Origin: a virus
Lineage: Duplodnaviria > Heunggongvirae > Uroviricota > Caudoviricetes
DNA length: 38,250 bases
Strand: one strand, 5' to 3'
IMG/VR virus record: IMGVR_UViG_2687453297_000004
How positions within the stretch are numbered: the first letter of the stretch is position 1; each line of letters begins with the position of its first letter. Shown here piece after piece: positions 36,513-38,250 of this stretch. The translations under genes and the position numbers were made by a program. The notes beneath the pieces were generated by a model. That model had not been told where the DNA came from. It searched no databases and saw only the letters and a program-made list of their open reading frames with translations.

Positions 36513-37126
36513 TGAGTAACACTGCAGTTCTGGATGAAAACGGTATCGCCACTGTAGCGGGCGATATCACTGTATATCACTATGACGAGGAAACCCGGGA
36601 ATACACCTCATCCTCTGTGGAGTATCTCGCCCTTGGGGTGGGTACTCCGGCACATTCGTGCGCCGATGCACCGCCGGAGGCAATTTCGGGTTACGTGGTT
36701 TGCCGGACTGCCACGCTGAACGGGTGGGAGCATGTGCCTGATCACCGCGGCGAGACGGTATACAGCACGGAGAACGGTAACCCCGTTCTGATTACCCAAC
36801 CGGGTGATTACCCGGCGGACACCACCACAAAACAGCCAGCCACGCCATGGGATACCTGGAACGGTGAGGCGTGGGTAACCGATACTGAACGGCAGCGAGC
36901 CGCAGAACTGGAGGTTGCCAGACAACAACGCCAGCAACGGGTGAAACAGGCGATGGCGTCCGTCGATCTTATCAACCTCAAACTGCGTGCTGGTCGCAGT
37001 CTGACACCAGAAGAAACGGCAAAACTGAACGCCGTGCTGGATTATATCGACGAGCTGAACGCACTGGATATCAGCACGGCACCTGAAATCAGCTGGCCGG
37101 AAGCGCCACTGGCACTTGCCAGTTGA
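36512..37126 (+). CDS. Tail fiber assembly protein (Tfa/U-like chaperone)
   Basis: 204 aa; TAATG coupling to cassette 2; sequence character typical of tail fiber assembly proteins. Confidence 0.7.
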   Translation: MSNTAVLDENGIATVAGDITVYHYDEETREYTSSSVEYLALGVGTPAHSCADAPPEAISGYVVCRTATLNGWEHVPDHRGETVYSTENGNPVLITQPGDYPADTTTKQPATPWDTWNGEAWVTDTERQRAAELEVARQQRQQRVKQAMASVDLINLKLRAGRSLTPEETAKLNAVLDYIDELNALDISTAPEISWPEAPLALAS

Positions 37127-37132
37127 ACGGTA

Positions 37133-37606
37133 TCACGCCGCCCTCACGATATAGTTAAACGCGATATTGCGGGGGCGGGTTATGTTAAAGAATGCTCCGT
37201 TTAATTCGGCTTTTGCGCGACTGTTTGTTCCACCCAGCACTGCGTACCACAAATAATCGCTACGGTAATTCCCCGCAAACACCTTATCGCCGCCATAGTC
37301 AATATTATTTCCGTTACTCATGTACGAGATATCAAGCGAAGAATCGTTATCGTCATGACCGCCGACCAGTGTACCTTTCTGCCATGAAAGCAACTTACGC
37401 CCCTCGTCAATCTTGCGCCCGTCGTCCCATCCACGGATAAACTCACCGCGTAAATCGGGAAGACGGAGGGTCGGGTAGACTCTGGCCAGAACAGGATATT
37501 GTTCTTTGGTGAACGTAGCTCCGTTGCACTGTAACCAGCCTGCTGGCGGTGTGGCGGTGGGCCACGGAACAGGTACACCAACGGGCAGCGCCGAGCCTTC
37601 CCCCAA
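37133..37606 (-). CDS. Alternative tail fiber C-terminal cassette 3 (inverted, no independent start)
   Basis: Minus-strand ORF encoding the same linker followed by a third distinct distal domain ending PRNIAFNYIVRAA; the first 190 bp or so are nearly identical to 35511..35700 in inverted orientation. Confidence 0.6.
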   Translation of the reverse strand: MGEGSALPVGVPVPWPTATPPAGWLQCNGATFTKEQYPVLARVYPTLRLPDLRGEFIRGWDDGRKIDEGRKLLSWQKGTLVGGHDDNDSSLDISYMSNGNNIDYGGDKVFAGNYRSDYLWYAVLGGTNSRAKAELNGAFFNITRPRNIAFNYIVRAA

Positions 37607-37623
37607 ACCAACGTTTATCTCTC
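37598..37623 (-). other. Candidate crossover site c (inverted relative to sites a and b)
   Basis: Reverse complement reads AGATAAACG TT GGTTTGGGGGAA, at the boundary of the inverted homology block and 55 bp upstream of the invertase gene. Confidence 0.45.
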
Positions 37624-37677
37624 AAATCCTCCCCACATTATCTCAGTACTTTAACCACTCAAAAGGGAGTATTTTTA

Positions 37678-38250
37678 ATGCTGATTGGCTACATACGTGT
37701 GTCAACAAATGACCAAAACACAGATTTGCAACGCAATGCATTAATGTGCGCAGGATGTGAACAGATTTTTGAGGACAAAATGAGCGGAACCAAGTCGGAA
37801 CGACCAGGCCTGAAACGCGCTTTAAAGTGCCTTAAAAGAGGGGATACATTGGTGGTCTGGAAGCTGGATCGGTTGGGTAGAAGAATGAAACACCTCATTG
37901 CTCTCACAGAAGAGCTACGCGCAAAAGGTGTCAATTTTCGCAGTCTGACGGATTCAATCGATACCAGCACTCCGATGGGAAGGTTCTTTTTTCATATGAT
38001 GGGTGCACTGGCAGAAATGGAGCGTGAACTGATAGTTGAGCGCACGCTGGCTGGACTGGCTGCTGCGCGAGCACAAGGAAGAGTTGGAGGACGTCGCCCG
38101 AAACTGACGAAGGAGCAGCATGAGCAGATCGCAAGATTGCTCCAGAAAGGGTATGACAGAAAGCGGCTGGCAATTATCTATGATATTGGACTGTCAACGA
38201 TCTACCGCTATCACCCTGTTGGGACTGTCATAACGCAACCTGAAATGTAA
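37678..38250 (+). CDS. gin: Serine recombinase, DNA invertase (Gin/Hin/Cin/Pin family)
   Basis: 190 aa; N-terminus MLIGYIRVSTNDQNTDLQ with catalytic-serine context; near-colinear with Mu Gin as I recall it; SD AAGGGAG upstream. Confidence 0.9.
   Translation: MLIGYIRVSTNDQNTDLQRNALMCAGCEQIFEDKMSGTKSERPGLKRALKCLKRGDTLVVWKLDRLGRRMKHLIALTEELRAKGVNFRSLTDSIDTSTPMGRFFFHMMGALAEMERELIVERTLAGLAAARAQGRVGGRRPKLTKEQHEQIARLLQKGYDRKRLAIIYDIGLSTIYRYHPVGTVITQPEM

Larger units (their letters stand above)
1..38250. mobile_element. Transposable Mu-family prophage (Mu-like early region and head, P2-like tail); ends not contained or not identifiable in window
   Basis: Co-occurrence of Ner-like, DDE transposase, MuB-like ATPase, Gam, GemA, Mor, CI-type repressor, lysis cassette, Mu-type terminase/portal/F/G/I/T head genes, sheath/tube/tape measure/baseplate/fiber genes and a Gin invertase in two divergent transcription blocks. 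Family assignments are from motif recognition, not searches. Confidence 0.85.

Noticed and set aside
1-38250. Transposon ends / att sites and target-site duplications
   Set aside because: The window begins at the mor stop and ends at the gin stop; I could not find convincing Mu-end-like terminal repeats inside it, so the ends are probably outside the window.

Overview
The window reads as a nearly complete transposable (Mu-family) prophage from an enterobacterial-type genome, with a Mu-like early region and head and a P2-like contractile tail. All family and homology calls below are made by eye from the translations and from remembered motifs; no searches or computations were run. Layout: a leftward early operon (1..8023, minus strand) runs Ner-like regulator, DDE transposase, MuB-like AAA+ ATPase, Gam-like protein, several small unknown proteins, GemA-like and Mor. 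A rightward CI-type repressor (8097..8528) faces it across a divergent promoter region. Downstream of the repressor is a visibly AT-rich two-gene cassette (a 297-aa soluble protein plus a 4-TM membrane protein) whose architecture mirrors lambda cI-rexA-rexB; I consider this the best candidate for an undescribed exclusion/abortive-infection module. A leftward accessory operon follows (P-loop NTPase, small ORF, orphan Dam-type methyltransferase). The rightward late operon carries lysis genes (putative holin, SAR-type lytic transglycosylase, i-spanin with a fully embedded o-spanin), Mu-like packaging and head genes, and P2-like tail and baseplate genes. Notable tail features are a tape measure gene interrupted by a frameshift at a G5 run and carrying three 261-bp tandem repeats, a frameshift-type tail chaperone pair, and a tail fiber with 300-bp tandem repeats. 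The right end holds a Gin/Hin-family serine invertase next to three alternative tail-fiber C-terminal cassettes (two direct, one inverted), each preceded by a gix/hix-like site, which suggests a multi-cassette host-range switch. No rRNA, tRNA or CRISPR array was seen, and the prophage ends are not identifiable in the window.
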